Below are positions 32,676 to 42,001 of a DNA stretch of 64,000 nucleotides, in pieces. Positions within the stretch are counted from its first letter, which is position 1. Each line of letters begins with the position of its first letter. The translations under genes were made by a program, and so were the position numbers. This stretch comes from Candidatus Magasanikiibacteriota bacterium (GTDB taxonomy: Bacteria > Patescibacteriota > Patescibacteriia > Magasanikbacterales > UBA922): NCBI GenBank assembly GCA_002716765.1, contig PBBY01000016.1:47322-111321 (forward strand). The letters run 5' to 3'. Below the pieces are notes generated by a model. It saw nothing but the letters and a program-made list of their open reading frames with translations, searched no databases and was not told the DNA's origin.

Positions 32676-34286
32676 ATGAAGAAACTCTTTACGGCACAAT
32701 CAAAAACAATAACTGGCGCTGCTCTTGTTCTTGGAGCAGCTTCTTTTGTGAGTAGAATTATTGGTGTTATACGAGATAGAATTTTTGCACACCACTTTGG
32801 TGTAGGAGAATCTTTGGATATTTATTATGCTGCATTTAAGGTCCCAGATTTGGTGTATAATTTATTAATTGTCGGTGCACTTTCTGCTGGATTTATTCCG
32901 GTTTTTTTAGACATTTGGGTAAAAGACAAAAAAAGAGCGTGGCACGTAACCAACACTATTATTCACATCCTTGGATATACTCTTATTATTGTATTATCTC
33001 TACTGTTTGCAGCAATGCCTCATATTATACCAAAACTAGTTCCAGGGTTTTCCTCAGAAAACATACAAGAAACCGTGAAGCTTTCCAGAATCATGCTTAT
33101 TAGCCCACTCCTTTTGGGGATTAGCGGTATTATTAGTGGTGTTTTGCAATCACTAAAAAGCTTTTTTGTTTATTCGCTTACCCCAATACTTTATAATGTT
33201 GGTATTATTTTTGGTACCATATTTTTAGTACCGCTATACGGCATTTCTGGTCTTGCTTACGGCGTAATATTAGGCGCATTTTTTCATTTGTGTGTTCAAA
33301 TCCCCACACTACTTTCTCATGGGTTTACCTATTCACATTCTTATAATATTAAAGACACCTACGTAAGAAAAATTGGAAAACTTATGATTCCCAGAACACT
33401 TACCCTTGCAACACAGCAAGTACAAATTATTGTTATTACCATACTTGCTTCTACACTTACTGCGGGCAGTATATCGATATTTACTTTTGCACAAAATTTA
33501 CAATTTTTTCCTGTTGGTATTATTGGTATTTCGTTTGCACTTGCCGCCTTTCCATCTCTTTCGGAATATTATGCAAAAAAAGATGCTGCCCGTTTTATTA
33601 CTCACCTCACACTTGCTATCCGCCAAATACTTTTTCTTATAATTCCATGCACTGTCATCTTTCTTTTACTTCGAGCACAAATTGTACGCGTTGTTCTTGG
33701 TTCTGGGAAATTTGATTGGTCGGCCACCATAGTGACCGCAGATACATTAGCATTCTTCACCCTTTCTTTTTTTGCACAATGCCTTATTCCACTACTCGTT
33801 CGTGCATTTTACGCAAGACATAATACTATTTTTCCACTTATTGCCGCAATATTAAGCACTATTCTGACAATTTACCTAAGTATGATATTAAAAGACTCAA
33901 TGGGTGTTACCGGACTTGCTCTTGCTTTTTCGCTCTCTTCCTGTTTTCAGGTTGCGTTGTTATGGGTTGGATTACGAAACTACATTAGTACTTTTAAAGA
34001 AATAGGCATTGTCTCTTCTTTGTATAAAATTTGTACCGCTGCGATTATTATGGCAATTGCTGTACAATATGCAAAATACCCAATGTCAAAAATAGTAGAT
34101 ATGACAACATTTATTGGGATATTACTTCAAGGGTTTACTGTTGGTTTTACTGGTCTTTTTGTGTATATCTCTGTCTGTAAAATACTTAAAACAGAGGAGT
34201 TGCGACTCATTACCAAAAGTATACAGAGAAAATGGCTTCGCACATCACCTTTGCAACCAGAAGTTAATCAAGGAGACCAAGTGTAA
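32676..34286 (+). CDS. murJ: lipid II flippase
   Basis: SRIIGVIRD, GALSAGFIPVF, RAFYA. Confidence 0.94.
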   Translation: MKKLFTAQSKTITGAALVLGAASFVSRIIGVIRDRIFAHHFGVGESLDIYYAAFKVPDLVYNLLIVGALSAGFIPVFLDIWVKDKKRAWHVTNTIIHILGYTLIIVLSLLFAAMPHIIPKLVPGFSSENIQETVKLSRIMLISPLLLGISGIISGVLQSLKSFFVYSLTPILYNVGIIFGTIFLVPLYGISGLAYGVILGAFFHLCVQIPTLLSHGFTYSHSYNIKDTYVRKIGKLMIPRTLTLATQQVQIIVITILASTLTAGSISIFTFAQNLQFFPVGIIGISFALAAFPSLSEYYAKKDAARFITHLTLAIRQILFLIIPCTVIFLLLRAQIVRVVLGSGKFDWSATIVTADTLAFFTLSFFAQCLIPLLVRAFYARHNTIFPLIAAILSTILTIYLSMILKDSMGVTGLALAFSLSSCFQVALLWVGLRNYISTFKEIGIVSSLYKICTAAIIMAIAVQYAKYPMSKIVDMTTFIGILLQGFTVGFTGLFVYISVCKILKTEELRLITKSIQRKWLRTSPLQPEVNQGDQV

Positions 34287-34323
34287 GAATTACTACCACT
34301 TTTTCTACACTATTAGCTACTAC

Positions 34324-34352
34324 TTGTAAACAAGCAAGTGAGATGCTACAAT
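34324..34352 (+). promoter_or_regulatory. lepA promoter
   Basis: TTGTAA-17-(TGC)TACAAT. Confidence 0.6.
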
Positions 34353-34380
34353 AATTCACATACACACAAATGACATTTTT

Positions 34381-36171
34381 ATGCAAGAAATCAGAAATTT
34401 TTGTATTATTGCCCACATTGACCACGGGAAAAGCACGTTGGCAGACAGATTCCTAGAAACTACTAATACTGTAGAAAAAAGGAAAATGACCACCCAGGTT
34501 CTAGATACCATGGAATTAGAACAAGAACGTGGTATTACCATAAAGCTCCAACCGGTCAGGATGCAATACAAAGATTACACACTTAATCTTATTGATACTC
34601 CGGGACATGTAGACTTTACTTACGAGGTCTCTCGATCTTTGGCAGCAGTAGAAGGTGCCATCCTTTTGGTTGATGCAAGTCAAGGAGTACAAGCACAAAC
34701 CATTGCAAACCTATATCTTGCTCTTGACCAAGACCTAACCATTATTCCAGTGCTAAATAAAATTGATTTACCAAATGCTGACCCAAAAAAAGCCAGCGAG
34801 GAAATTATCCATCTTTTAGGCTGTAAAGAAGAAGACATTTTGCACTGTTCTGGAAAAACTGGCGAAGGTGTAGAGGCGCTACTAGACGCGGTAATTGAAA
34901 AAATACCACAACCAGACACAGAAAAACACACATTACCCGCTCGCGCTCTTATTTTTGATTCCTGTTACGATGATTACAAAGGGGTCATCGCTTCTGTTCG
35001 CATGATTGATGGACAAATCAAAAAAGGAGACAAAGTGCAGTTTATGGGAACCAAAACACAAGCAGAAGTATTAGATACTGGCCATTATACTCCAGGACTC
35101 ATGCCAGACACCATACTCGAGAATGGACAAATTGGATACATTGTGACCGGACTCAAAGAATTACGTGATGTACGTGTTGGTGATACTATTACATGCACGG
35201 ACTCCCCCGCCTTAGCACAACTTCCTGGGTATAAAGAAGTTAAACCAATGGTTTTTGCTGGTATTTTTCCACAAGAAGGCGATGATTACAGTGCACTTCG
35301 TGATGCAATGGACAAATTAAAACTGAGTGACTCAGCATTGTCTTATGAACCAGAACACTCACAAGCACTTGGTTTTGGATTTCGTTGTGGATTTCTTGGC
35401 ATGCTTCATTTAGAAATCTTTCAGGAACGTGTAAAACGAGAGTTTGGCTTACATATTGTGGCCACTGTTCCTAGTGTTGCATATCACATCCTTAAAACAA
35501 ATCAGGAAACACTCACTGTAAAAAGTCCGCAAGATTTACCAGACGTACAACATATTGAATCCATAGAAGAGCCGTGGATGACAGTAGATATTATTACCCC
35601 GGAAAATTATATTGGTAATGTTATGGGACTGGTCTCGGAAAGAAAAGGACAATACACCACCACCGAATATTTAAGCACCGGATCTGATCAACGAGCAATT
35701 TTACATTATTTTATGCCACTTGCATCGCTTATTACCGACTTTTATGATAAACTTAAAACAGTGACCAGCGGCTATGCATCATTAAGTTATGAATTTAAGG
35801 AATACAAAAAAACAGATGTTATAAAGTTGGATATTTTAGTTGCTGAAGAAAAAGTAGAAGCACTTTCTACACTTGTATGGCGAGATGATGCCTTTAAAAT
35901 AGGAAAACAAATCGTTTCTTCACTAAAAGATACATTACCAAAACAACAGTTTGTCTTAAAAATCCAAGCAGCCGTTGGTGGAAAAATCATTGCTGGGGAA
36001 CGTTTATCTGCATTACGAAAAGATGTTACCGCAAAACTCTATGGTGGTGATGTAACAAGAAAAAGAAAGTTGTTAGAAAAACAAAAGAAAGGAAAGAAAA
36101 AAATGTTAGCAATGGGAAAAGGAAAAGTAGATATCCCAACAGAAGCCTATTTAGCCGTACTAAAACGGTAA
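34381..36171 (+). CDS. lepA: elongation factor 4
   Basis: IRNFCIIAHIDHGKSTLADR, GFRCGFLGMLH, YGGDVTRKRKLLEKQK. Confidence 0.98.
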   Translation: MQEIRNFCIIAHIDHGKSTLADRFLETTNTVEKRKMTTQVLDTMELEQERGITIKLQPVRMQYKDYTLNLIDTPGHVDFTYEVSRSLAAVEGAILLVDASQGVQAQTIANLYLALDQDLTIIPVLNKIDLPNADPKKASEEIIHLLGCKEEDILHCSGKTGEGVEALLDAVIEKIPQPDTEKHTLPARALIFDSCYDDYKGVIASVRMIDGQIKKGDKVQFMGTKTQAEVLDTGHYTPGLMPDTILENGQIGYIVTGLKELRDVRVGDTITCTDSPALAQLPGYKEVKPMVFAGIFPQEGDDYSALRDAMDKLKLSDSALSYEPEHSQALGFGFRCGFLGMLHLEIFQERVKREFGLHIVATVPSVAYHILKTNQETLTVKSPQDLPDVQHIESIEEPWMTVDIITPENYIGNVMGLVSERKGQYTTTEYLSTGSDQRAILHYFMPLASLITDFYDKLKTVTSGYASLSYEFKEYKKTDVIKLDILVAEEKVEALSTLVWRDDAFKIGKQIVSSLKDTLPKQQFVLKIQAAVGGKIIAGERLSALRKDVTAKLYGGDVTRKRKLLEKQKKGKKKMLAMGKGKVDIPTEAYLAVLKR

Positions 36172-36180
36172 CTATTTAAT

Positions 36181-36285
36181 ATGTTTGACCCAAAAAAAGT
36201 TAGGACACTAAAAATCATCGTTGCGATTATTGGTATTTTTGGCATGCTCTTTTTTACCATAATCCCTCTCTTTTACGCACTGTAA
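36181..36285 (+). CDS. 34-aa single-TM protein (absent from ORF track)
   Basis: MFDPKKVRTLKIIVAIIGIFGMLFFTIIPLFYAL exactly fills the gap between lepA and the next gene. Confidence 0.65.
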   Translation: MFDPKKVRTLKIIVAIIGIFGMLFFTIIPLFYAL

Positions 36286-36292
36286 TCCTAGT

Positions 36293-36700
36293 ATGAAAGA
36301 AAAGAATGCATCAAACACTCTTTTACCACACCACATCTACCAACTTAAGCTCATTTTTTTATTTGTTCTTGGGTTTTTTCTCTTTGTTTTTCTGTGGCAT
36401 ATTGCAGCAGAAAATAATGCTAATATGTACTTATATCAATGGTGGTATTTTTGGATTTGGGAATCTTTTTATGTTATTTATTTGCTAAAAGTACGCAATA
36501 CCATTCCAAAAAAAGAACGGATTAATCCAAAAAAAAGACCGATTATCTATTGGGTAATACTTGGAATAACACTTGTTGCATTGTCGCAATCCTCTTTTTC
36601 TGTAGAGAGATTTCTTGCACTTGATTATTCCTTTATTATTTTCTCCTTATTTCTTGCCGACTCATATTGGGATTTTACACAAACAATCACAAAAACATAA
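36293..36700 (+). CDS. hypothetical membrane protein
   Basis: about 4 hydrophobic segments, operonic with recJ. Confidence 0.7.
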   Translation: MKEKNASNTLLPHHIYQLKLIFLFVLGFFLFVFLWHIAAENNANMYLYQWWYFWIWESFYVIYLLKVRNTIPKKERINPKKRPIIYWVILGITLVALSQSSFSVERFLALDYSFIIFSLFLADSYWDFTQTITKT

Positions 36701-36706
36701 TATTCT

Positions 36707-38473
36707 ATGGAAAAACGCTGGACAATACTAGAACCCCCGCCGCAATCTTTTTTTGATTCAAACCCAGAACAATCACGATTAGTGTTGACTTTACTATATA
36801 ACAGAGGAATACGGACACAAAAAGCAATCGATGAATTTTTAACACCAGAATATAGCAATGATGTACACGATCCTTTTTTGTTTCAAGATATGCAAAAAAC
36901 GGTAGACAGGTTATTTTTAGCTATTACACAGAACGAACACATTACCATTCATGGTGATTATGATGCGGACGGTGTTTCGGCTTCTGTTATCCTTACCGAT
37001 ACACTTACCGCACTTGGCGCAAAACATGTTGATGTATATTTACCACACAGAGAAACTGATGGGTACGGCCTAAATAAAAATACCATTAACTTTTTACATC
37101 AAAAAGGTACCAATATTATTATTACGTGTGATTGTGGTATAAGTAATGCTGCAGAAGTAGCTCATGCAAGAACAAAGAATATGGATGTTATAATTACTGA
37201 CCATCACAGTGTTCCGGAAATACTTCCAGAAGCATTTTCTATTATTCACCCAAAAGTACCAGACGAACCATATCCATGCAAAAACCTTGCTGGCGGTGCA
37301 GTGGCATTTAAACTTGCTCAAGGATTATTACACACCCATAAAAAAGATAATGACGTATTGCCAAACGGCGAAACACATGATGGATTCGAGAAATGGTTAT
37401 TAGACATGGTAGCAGTTGCCAGTGTTGCCGACATGGTTCCTCTGTTGGAAGAAACTAGAACCCTTACCAAATATGGCTTAATGGTATTAAACAAAACACG
37501 AAGATTGGGGTTAAAAAAACTCTATATAGAAACTTCCCTTTCCGACCCAGATGGCACTCTTCGAAATGAAATTGGCACAGAAACTATTGGTTTTAGAATT
37601 GCGCCACAAATTAATGCTGCCGGAAGGCTTGGTCATGCAAATACTGCATATGAACTACTTGTGGCAAAAAAAGGGACCGACGCAATAGATTTGGCTTTTG
37701 CGCTCAATGAACAAAATAACGAAAGACGCGCACTTACCATGCAATATGTTGAGGAAGCAGAAAATCAAATCGCTAACCAAACAAAAGACCTCCCGGTTAT
37801 TTTTGTGTACAGCGATAATTGGAATACCGGAATTATAGGACTCATTGCCGGAAGAATAAAAGAAAAGTATCAAAAACCAACAATCGCAATGGCACCAAAA
37901 AAAGGAGAGATTACCGGATCTGGTCGAAGCATAGACGGATTTAATTTAATAGAAGCGTTGCAAGAAAATCCAGAATTTTTTGCAAAATTTGGAGGCCATC
38001 CAATGGCTTGTGGATTTAGTTTAGCAGAACCAAACATAAAAGAAGCCATGCAAGAGGCTTTGTGTAACACCTATACCAAAAAAACGAAAAACATAGACAT
38101 GGCACCGACACTTTCCATAGACAAAGAAATAACACTAGAAGAAGTAACGTGGAATGCGCTTGAAGCAATAGAACAATGCAAACCATTTGGGCAAAACAAT
38201 CCTAAACCACTCTTTGTCGCAAAAGGAGTAACCGTTGTTAAGGTGGACAAAATGGGAAAAGATAAGTCTCATATACGACTTCAGTTGACACATACCACAA
38301 ATGTTATTAAAAAAGCGGTAGGATGGCAAATGTGTGGCCCTTTAGCAGAAAAAGATTGGGGTACACTCCTTTCACCAAACGATAAAATAGACATTGTTTT
38401 TGATATTGGAATAAATGAGTGGAACGGGAACCGAGAAATACAAATTACCCTAAAAGATATTCACAAAATATAA
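36707..38473 (+). CDS. recJ: ssDNA exonuclease RecJ
   Basis: GDYDADG, TCDCG, TDHH, INAAGR, GSGRS, FGGH. Confidence 0.97.
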   Translation: MEKRWTILEPPPQSFFDSNPEQSRLVLTLLYNRGIRTQKAIDEFLTPEYSNDVHDPFLFQDMQKTVDRLFLAITQNEHITIHGDYDADGVSASVILTDTLTALGAKHVDVYLPHRETDGYGLNKNTINFLHQKGTNIIITCDCGISNAAEVAHARTKNMDVIITDHHSVPEILPEAFSIIHPKVPDEPYPCKNLAGGAVAFKLAQGLLHTHKKDNDVLPNGETHDGFEKWLLDMVAVASVADMVPLLEETRTLTKYGLMVLNKTRRLGLKKLYIETSLSDPDGTLRNEIGTETIGFRIAPQINAAGRLGHANTAYELLVAKKGTDAIDLAFALNEQNNERRALTMQYVEEAENQIANQTKDLPVIFVYSDNWNTGIIGLIAGRIKEKYQKPTIAMAPKKGEITGSGRSIDGFNLIEALQENPEFFAKFGGHPMACGFSLAEPNIKEAMQEALCNTYTKKTKNIDMAPTLSIDKEITLEEVTWNALEAIEQCKPFGQNNPKPLFVAKGVTVVKVDKMGKDKSHIRLQLTHTTNVIKKAVGWQMCGPLAEKDWGTLLSPNDKIDIVFDIGINEWNGNREIQITLKDIHKI

Positions 38474-38478
38474 TACAT

Positions 38479-38883
38479 ATGACTGTGCACATATTTACCG
38501 ATGGTGGCGCCAGAGGAAATCCTGGCCCTGCAGCTATTGGCGTAGTTATCACAAATAAAAATAATGAAGTAATACAAGAATATGGTAAATATATTGGCGA
38601 ACAAACCAATAACTTTGCCGAATATTCTGCATTAATTTACGGTCTAGAATCGGCAAAAGCCTTAGACGCAAAAGAAGTCATATGTTTTTTGGATAGCAAA
38701 TTAGTTGTAGAGCAATTAAACAGAAATTGGAAAATAAAGGAGCCAACATTACAAAAATTATTCGTGCAAGCTTGGAATGCGTTACAACACTTCTCTTCCT
38801 ATTCTCTATCATATATCCCAAGAGCAAAAAACAAAGCTGCAGACAAGCAAGTAAACATTGCTCTAGATAATTATTTACAATAA
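38479..38883 (+). CDS. rnhA: ribonuclease HI
   Basis: FTDGGARGNPGPA, TNNFAEY, DSKLVV, NKAAD. Confidence 0.92.
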   Translation: MTVHIFTDGGARGNPGPAAIGVVITNKNNEVIQEYGKYIGEQTNNFAEYSALIYGLESAKALDAKEVICFLDSKLVVEQLNRNWKIKEPTLQKLFVQAWNALQHFSSYSLSYIPRAKNKAADKQVNIALDNYLQ

Positions 38884-38945
38884 AAAACAGCGCTTTCCCA
38901 AGGCGCTGTACTGACGGTACCCGATACTAAAACACTATATTAAGA

Positions 38946-39374
38946 TTAAGAAAACAACCGTAGTTGTCCACCAGAAGTGTGTGTATCCAAACTATTAGCT
39001 GGTTTATAGAGTACGGTAGTCCCTCCCAATAACTTCCTAGTATGAGAGGTGCTTTGAACAAAAAAAGTAAAACCAGGAACTATTAGAGGCTTTGCGCGGC
39101 CGCGCACGCCATATGGAATTCCTGTTAGGTTTCGCACCTCGTCTCCAGAATACAGGAGTTTAGTTGCTTGTTCATAGGCGACCACCTCATTACTTTCTCG
39201 TAATATTACAGGCTTTGTGAATTCATACAATATACACCCAGCCCTAAAAGGTCTGGGAATTCCCTGTAAGAATGGCTTTACTTGTATATCTTCACACACG
39301 TCATAAAATTCGAATCTACCCTGCGGAACAATAGTGCACAAGGACGGGTCTAGCGAAACAGTTGAAATATTCAA
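38946..39374 (-). CDS. hypothetical protein with FVQSTSxxRKL motif
   Basis: AAGGG before TTG start; YEFTK..YSG..GIP..FVQSTSHTRKLLGGT. Confidence 0.7.
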   Translation of the reverse strand: MNISTVSLDPSLCTIVPQGRFEFYDVCEDIQVKPFLQGIPRPFRAGCILYEFTKPVILRESNEVVAYEQATKLLYSGDEVRNLTGIPYGVRGRAKPLIVPGFTFFVQSTSHTRKLLGGTTVLYKPANSLDTHTSGGQLRLFS

Positions 39375-39498
39375 TGATATTTCCCTTTCTACTAAAAAAA
39401 CTTGGAATAAAACTTAGTGTACTATACACATAAGTTGACTAAAAAGAACATGTCTAAAAATGACATAGTGCTATTGTAGCATAAAATCAAAATAATAC

Positions 39499-39545
39499 AA
39501 AAAAGCAACCTTCCTTCGAAAGTTGCAAAAAAGAACAAAAAGGGT
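39499..39545 (-). terminator. mtnP terminator; left copy of inverted repeat
   Basis: minus strand TTGTTCTTTTTT-GCAACTTTC-gaag-GAAGGTTGC-TTTTTT. Confidence 0.75.
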
Positions 39546-39561
39546 CGTACTAAGCATTGCT

Positions 39562-40443
39562 TTACTGAGAAAAAATCCAAAATAGCTTTTGCATTAACCC
39601 CTCTGGAACATATCTGGAGTCAGTCATAACTGCCCCATTGCACGCTTCGAGAATGAACGAATCTTGTTCTAAGGGGAGATTACAAGCTGCCCCCACAACA
39701 ATACGGAGTGCGGTTGAAGATAGTTGCTGCATCACCCTAGCAACTTCATCGGCCGAAACCTCACCATGGCCTGTGTACCAACAATCATAATCAGTTACCA
39801 TTGCAAGTGTTGCATAAGGAATTCCTGCTTCACGAGCAAGCTTAGCCTCTGGCAAAGCTGTCATACCAATTACATCTGCACCAAAGAGACGGTGCATATT
39901 TGATTCCGCTTTTGTGGAAAATGCTGGACCCTCCATAGCGACATATGTTCCTCCACGTTGCACAGAAACCTCCAAACTATCTGCCGCCTCAAAAAGCACA
40001 TGTGCAAGCTTTGGTGAAACTGGAGTACCAAATGGTACGTGCCCAGCAACCCCATTACCAAAAAAGGTGCACTCTCGCTTGTACGTTTTGTCGATATACT
40101 GATCAACAATCACCACATTTCCCGGCTCAATCTCCTCTTTTAGTGAACCAACAGCAGAAACGGCAATACACCACTGTGCGCCAAGTTTTTTGAGCGCCCA
40201 AATATTTGCCCGATAATTTACTTCCGATGGCAAAATACGATGACCAACGCCATGGCGTGGTAAAAAAAGAATAGACACAGTAACACCTTCTTGCCGAAGC
40301 AATCCAGATACAATAGTATCACTTGTTTCACCATATGGCGTATGAACCACCAACTCCTCTACTTCTGTAAGATGTTCTTGTAAATCATATAATCCACTTC
40401 CGCCAATAACAGCGACAGTTGGAATGTGTTTTGGTATTTTCAT
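39562..40443 (-). CDS. mtnP: S-methyl-5'-thioadenosine phosphorylase
   Basis: IGGSGLY, LPRHG, VNYRANIWAL, MEGPAFST, GMT..PEAKLARE, VTDYDCW. Confidence 0.95.
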   Translation of the reverse strand: MKIPKHIPTVAVIGGSGLYDLQEHLTEVEELVVHTPYGETSDTIVSGLLRQEGVTVSILFLPRHGVGHRILPSEVNYRANIWALKKLGAQWCIAVSAVGSLKEEIEPGNVVIVDQYIDKTYKRECTFFGNGVAGHVPFGTPVSPKLAHVLFEAADSLEVSVQRGGTYVAMEGPAFSTKAESNMHRLFGADVIGMTALPEAKLAREAGIPYATLAMVTDYDCWYTGHGEVSADEVARVMQQLSSTALRIVVGAACNLPLEQDSFILEACNGAVMTDSRYVPEGLMQKLFWIFSQ

Positions 40444-40523
40444 TGGTCACTCCTTTTTTTGAAAAAAACCACGCACGCTTTGGCATTGTAACACACTACA
40501 CCTAGACACACAAATTGAGTATT

Positions 40524-40546
40524 AAAAAATGACCACAGAGCGGTCA
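40524..40546 (-). terminator. terminator of the 23-aa peptide unit
   Basis: TGACCGC-tct-GTGGTCA-TTTTTT. Confidence 0.75.
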
Positions 40547-40573
40547 GTAAGAAAGAACTGAAAGAAAAACCTA

Positions 40574-40645
40574 CTACCCCTTAAGAGCTAAATAAAACGC
40601 AGTTAGATTAATACATGTTGAAATGAGCAGCAAAACAGCTATCAT
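40574..40645 (-). CDS. 23-aa hydrophobic peptide MIAVLLLISTCINLTAFYLALKG
   Basis: GGAGG 7 nt upstream, tandem TAG TAG stops, own promoter and terminator. Confidence 0.65.
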   Translation of the reverse strand: MIAVLLLISTCINLTAFYLALKG

Positions 40646-40785
40646 ACCACAGCCTCCAAAGAGAAATTTGCCACTACTACTCACAGATTGTGGCAAAAAA
40701 ATAAAGAAAGGATGAGTAGTGTGCTAGATATATTTATATACGTTCACCACACTACCCACCAAACACATTTAATTTTCCAATTATT

Positions 40786-40814
40786 ACTCTAGGACAAATA
40801 AGATAATTTGTCAA
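40786..40814 (-). promoter_or_regulatory. sigma70 promoter
   Basis: TTGACA-17-TAGAGT. Confidence 0.65.
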
Positions 40815-40894
40815 GTTTCTACGATAGAATTACTTAAAAAATTTTGTATAAACACCTAACAAAGTCTATATTTATTTTAAACACCTTCTTCATA

Positions 40895-40922
40895 AAGAGA
40901 AAACACAGGCTGGCACCTGTGT
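40895..40922 (-). terminator. terminator of the 69-aa ORF
   Basis: ACACAGG-tgccag-CCTGTGT-TTTCTCTTT. Confidence 0.65.
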
Positions 40923-40947
40923 AAAGTAAGAAAAGAAAAAAATAATA

Positions 40948-41157
40948 CTATTTATCACCGTTTTTAAATGATAGAAAAAAGAACAAATTGTAAAATACAA
41001 AAAATACCAAAAGGATAAGCGGATACCCATTCGAATATATAATTGCACATACCGCGCCAAAAAGTAAGGGTATTGCCTTTTCATTTTGAGGAGCATGGCA
41101 CTCTAGGTTTCCTGCCATTAGAAGCATAATTGCAATAACAACATAATCTACAAACAC
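40948..41157 (-). CDS. 69-aa membrane protein
   Basis: GGAGG then GTG; MFVDYVVIAIMLLMAG...LILLVFFVFYNLFFFLSFKNGDK. Confidence 0.55.
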   Translation of the reverse strand: MFVDYVVIAIMLLMAGNLECHAPQNEKAIPLLFGAVCAIIYSNGYPLILLVFFVFYNLFFFLSFKNGDK

Positions 41158-41257
41158 AAAATCCTCCCAAATAAAGAGTAAAAGAAACAAAGAGTGCACG
41201 CAAAAATGCAATAAATACGACGCGCACATATAATATAATACCACACAACCATTGTAT

Positions 41258-41299
41258 AACAAAAAAACCAGTGTAAAATTCCACACTGGTTTTTTTGTT
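41258..41299. terminator. bidirectional terminator
   Basis: perfect 17-bp inverted repeat AACAAAAAAACCAGTGT / ACACTGGTTTTTTTGTT. Confidence 0.85.
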
Positions 41300-41303
41300 G
41301 CGA

Positions 41304-41381
41304 TTAGTATTGAAACCGCAGAAGTAAAAGAAGCCAAATTGCTATAAATAGCGTAACTGGTAAAATAAATAATAATACCAC
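41304..41381 (-). CDS. 25-aa hydrophobic peptide MVLLFILPVTLFIAIWLLLLLRFQY (in-frame ATG starts at 41444/41489 also possible)
   Basis: AAGGG-tttatt-GTG; stop abuts terminator; TTGACA at 41532-41537. Confidence 0.55.
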   Translation of the reverse strand: MVLLFILPVTLFIAIWLLLLLRFQY

Positions 41382-41793
41382 AATAAACCCTTCTTTTAGG
41401 ATTTTTGGGATAATAGTAAGTGATTTTTGTCGTATTTGCTTCATAAATAGTATTAGAAAAATACCTATTCCTTTTGTGTCTCTTTTCATCTCACGCTTTA
41501 ACACCTTGGTTTTACCACAATTTCATGTTTTTGTCAAGTGTTGAGCCAAAAATACGTACAATGACCCAAAAAAACAAAAACCCACCTGCCGGAGAGTATT
41601 CTGTATATTTTAAGTAAAATTATCTATATACCATACAACTATGATATAGAAATAACTTACTCCCACACATTATCTTGCAATCTAGTTGTTAGATATGCTT
41701 CTTGTAATGGTGAGAGGATTGGGTTAAGGAACGTAGGTTAGGGGTGTAGGTCTACCGGAAGGAGAGTCGTTGGGCGCTGGTGTTCTGATCTTC

Positions 41794-41883
41794 TTATCTT
41801 CTTAACTCAACCACCTTCACACCAATATCCGGGTCGATCCAAGATGGACAGGTATATACCTTTTTTCCTCCTTTTTTTGCCAC
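41794..41883 (-). CDS. 29-aa basic peptide MAKKGGKKVYTCPSWIDPDIGVKVVELRR
   Basis: AAGGA 9 nt before GTG; first 10 codons match the start of ORF 55-1422. Confidence 0.35.
   Translation of the reverse strand: MAKKGGKKVYTCPSWIDPDIGVKVVELRR
41854..41882. repeat. 29-bp exact copy of 1393-1421
   Basis: ATATACCTTTTTTCCTCCTTTTTTTGCCA at both sites, same orientation. Confidence 0.9.
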
Positions 41884-41917
41884 ACGACGACGTCCTTTTT
41901 TCTTTTTGGGAGATTTC

Positions 41918-42001
41918 TTAGTAGGCGGCGACAAAGAAGATGAAAAGAAGGAAGATAACGATGACCCCAATGGCCACCAAAATAATTTGGTTGATATCCA
42001 C
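41918..42001 (-). CDS. 27-aa hydrophobic peptide MDINQIILVAIGVIVIFLLFIFFVAAY
   Basis: AAGGG-ctatt-GTG; downstream of structured leader. Confidence 0.6.
   Translation of the reverse strand: MDINQIILVAIGVIVIFLLFIFFVAAY

Noticed and set aside
41745-41770. SRP RNA core (AGGTC..CCGGAAGG)
   Set aside because: Lacks the CAGG/AGCA symmetric loop and flanking helix
41708-41780. G-quadruplex on the plus strand
   Set aside because: GGG runs are separated by long loops of about 10-17 nt; weak candidate
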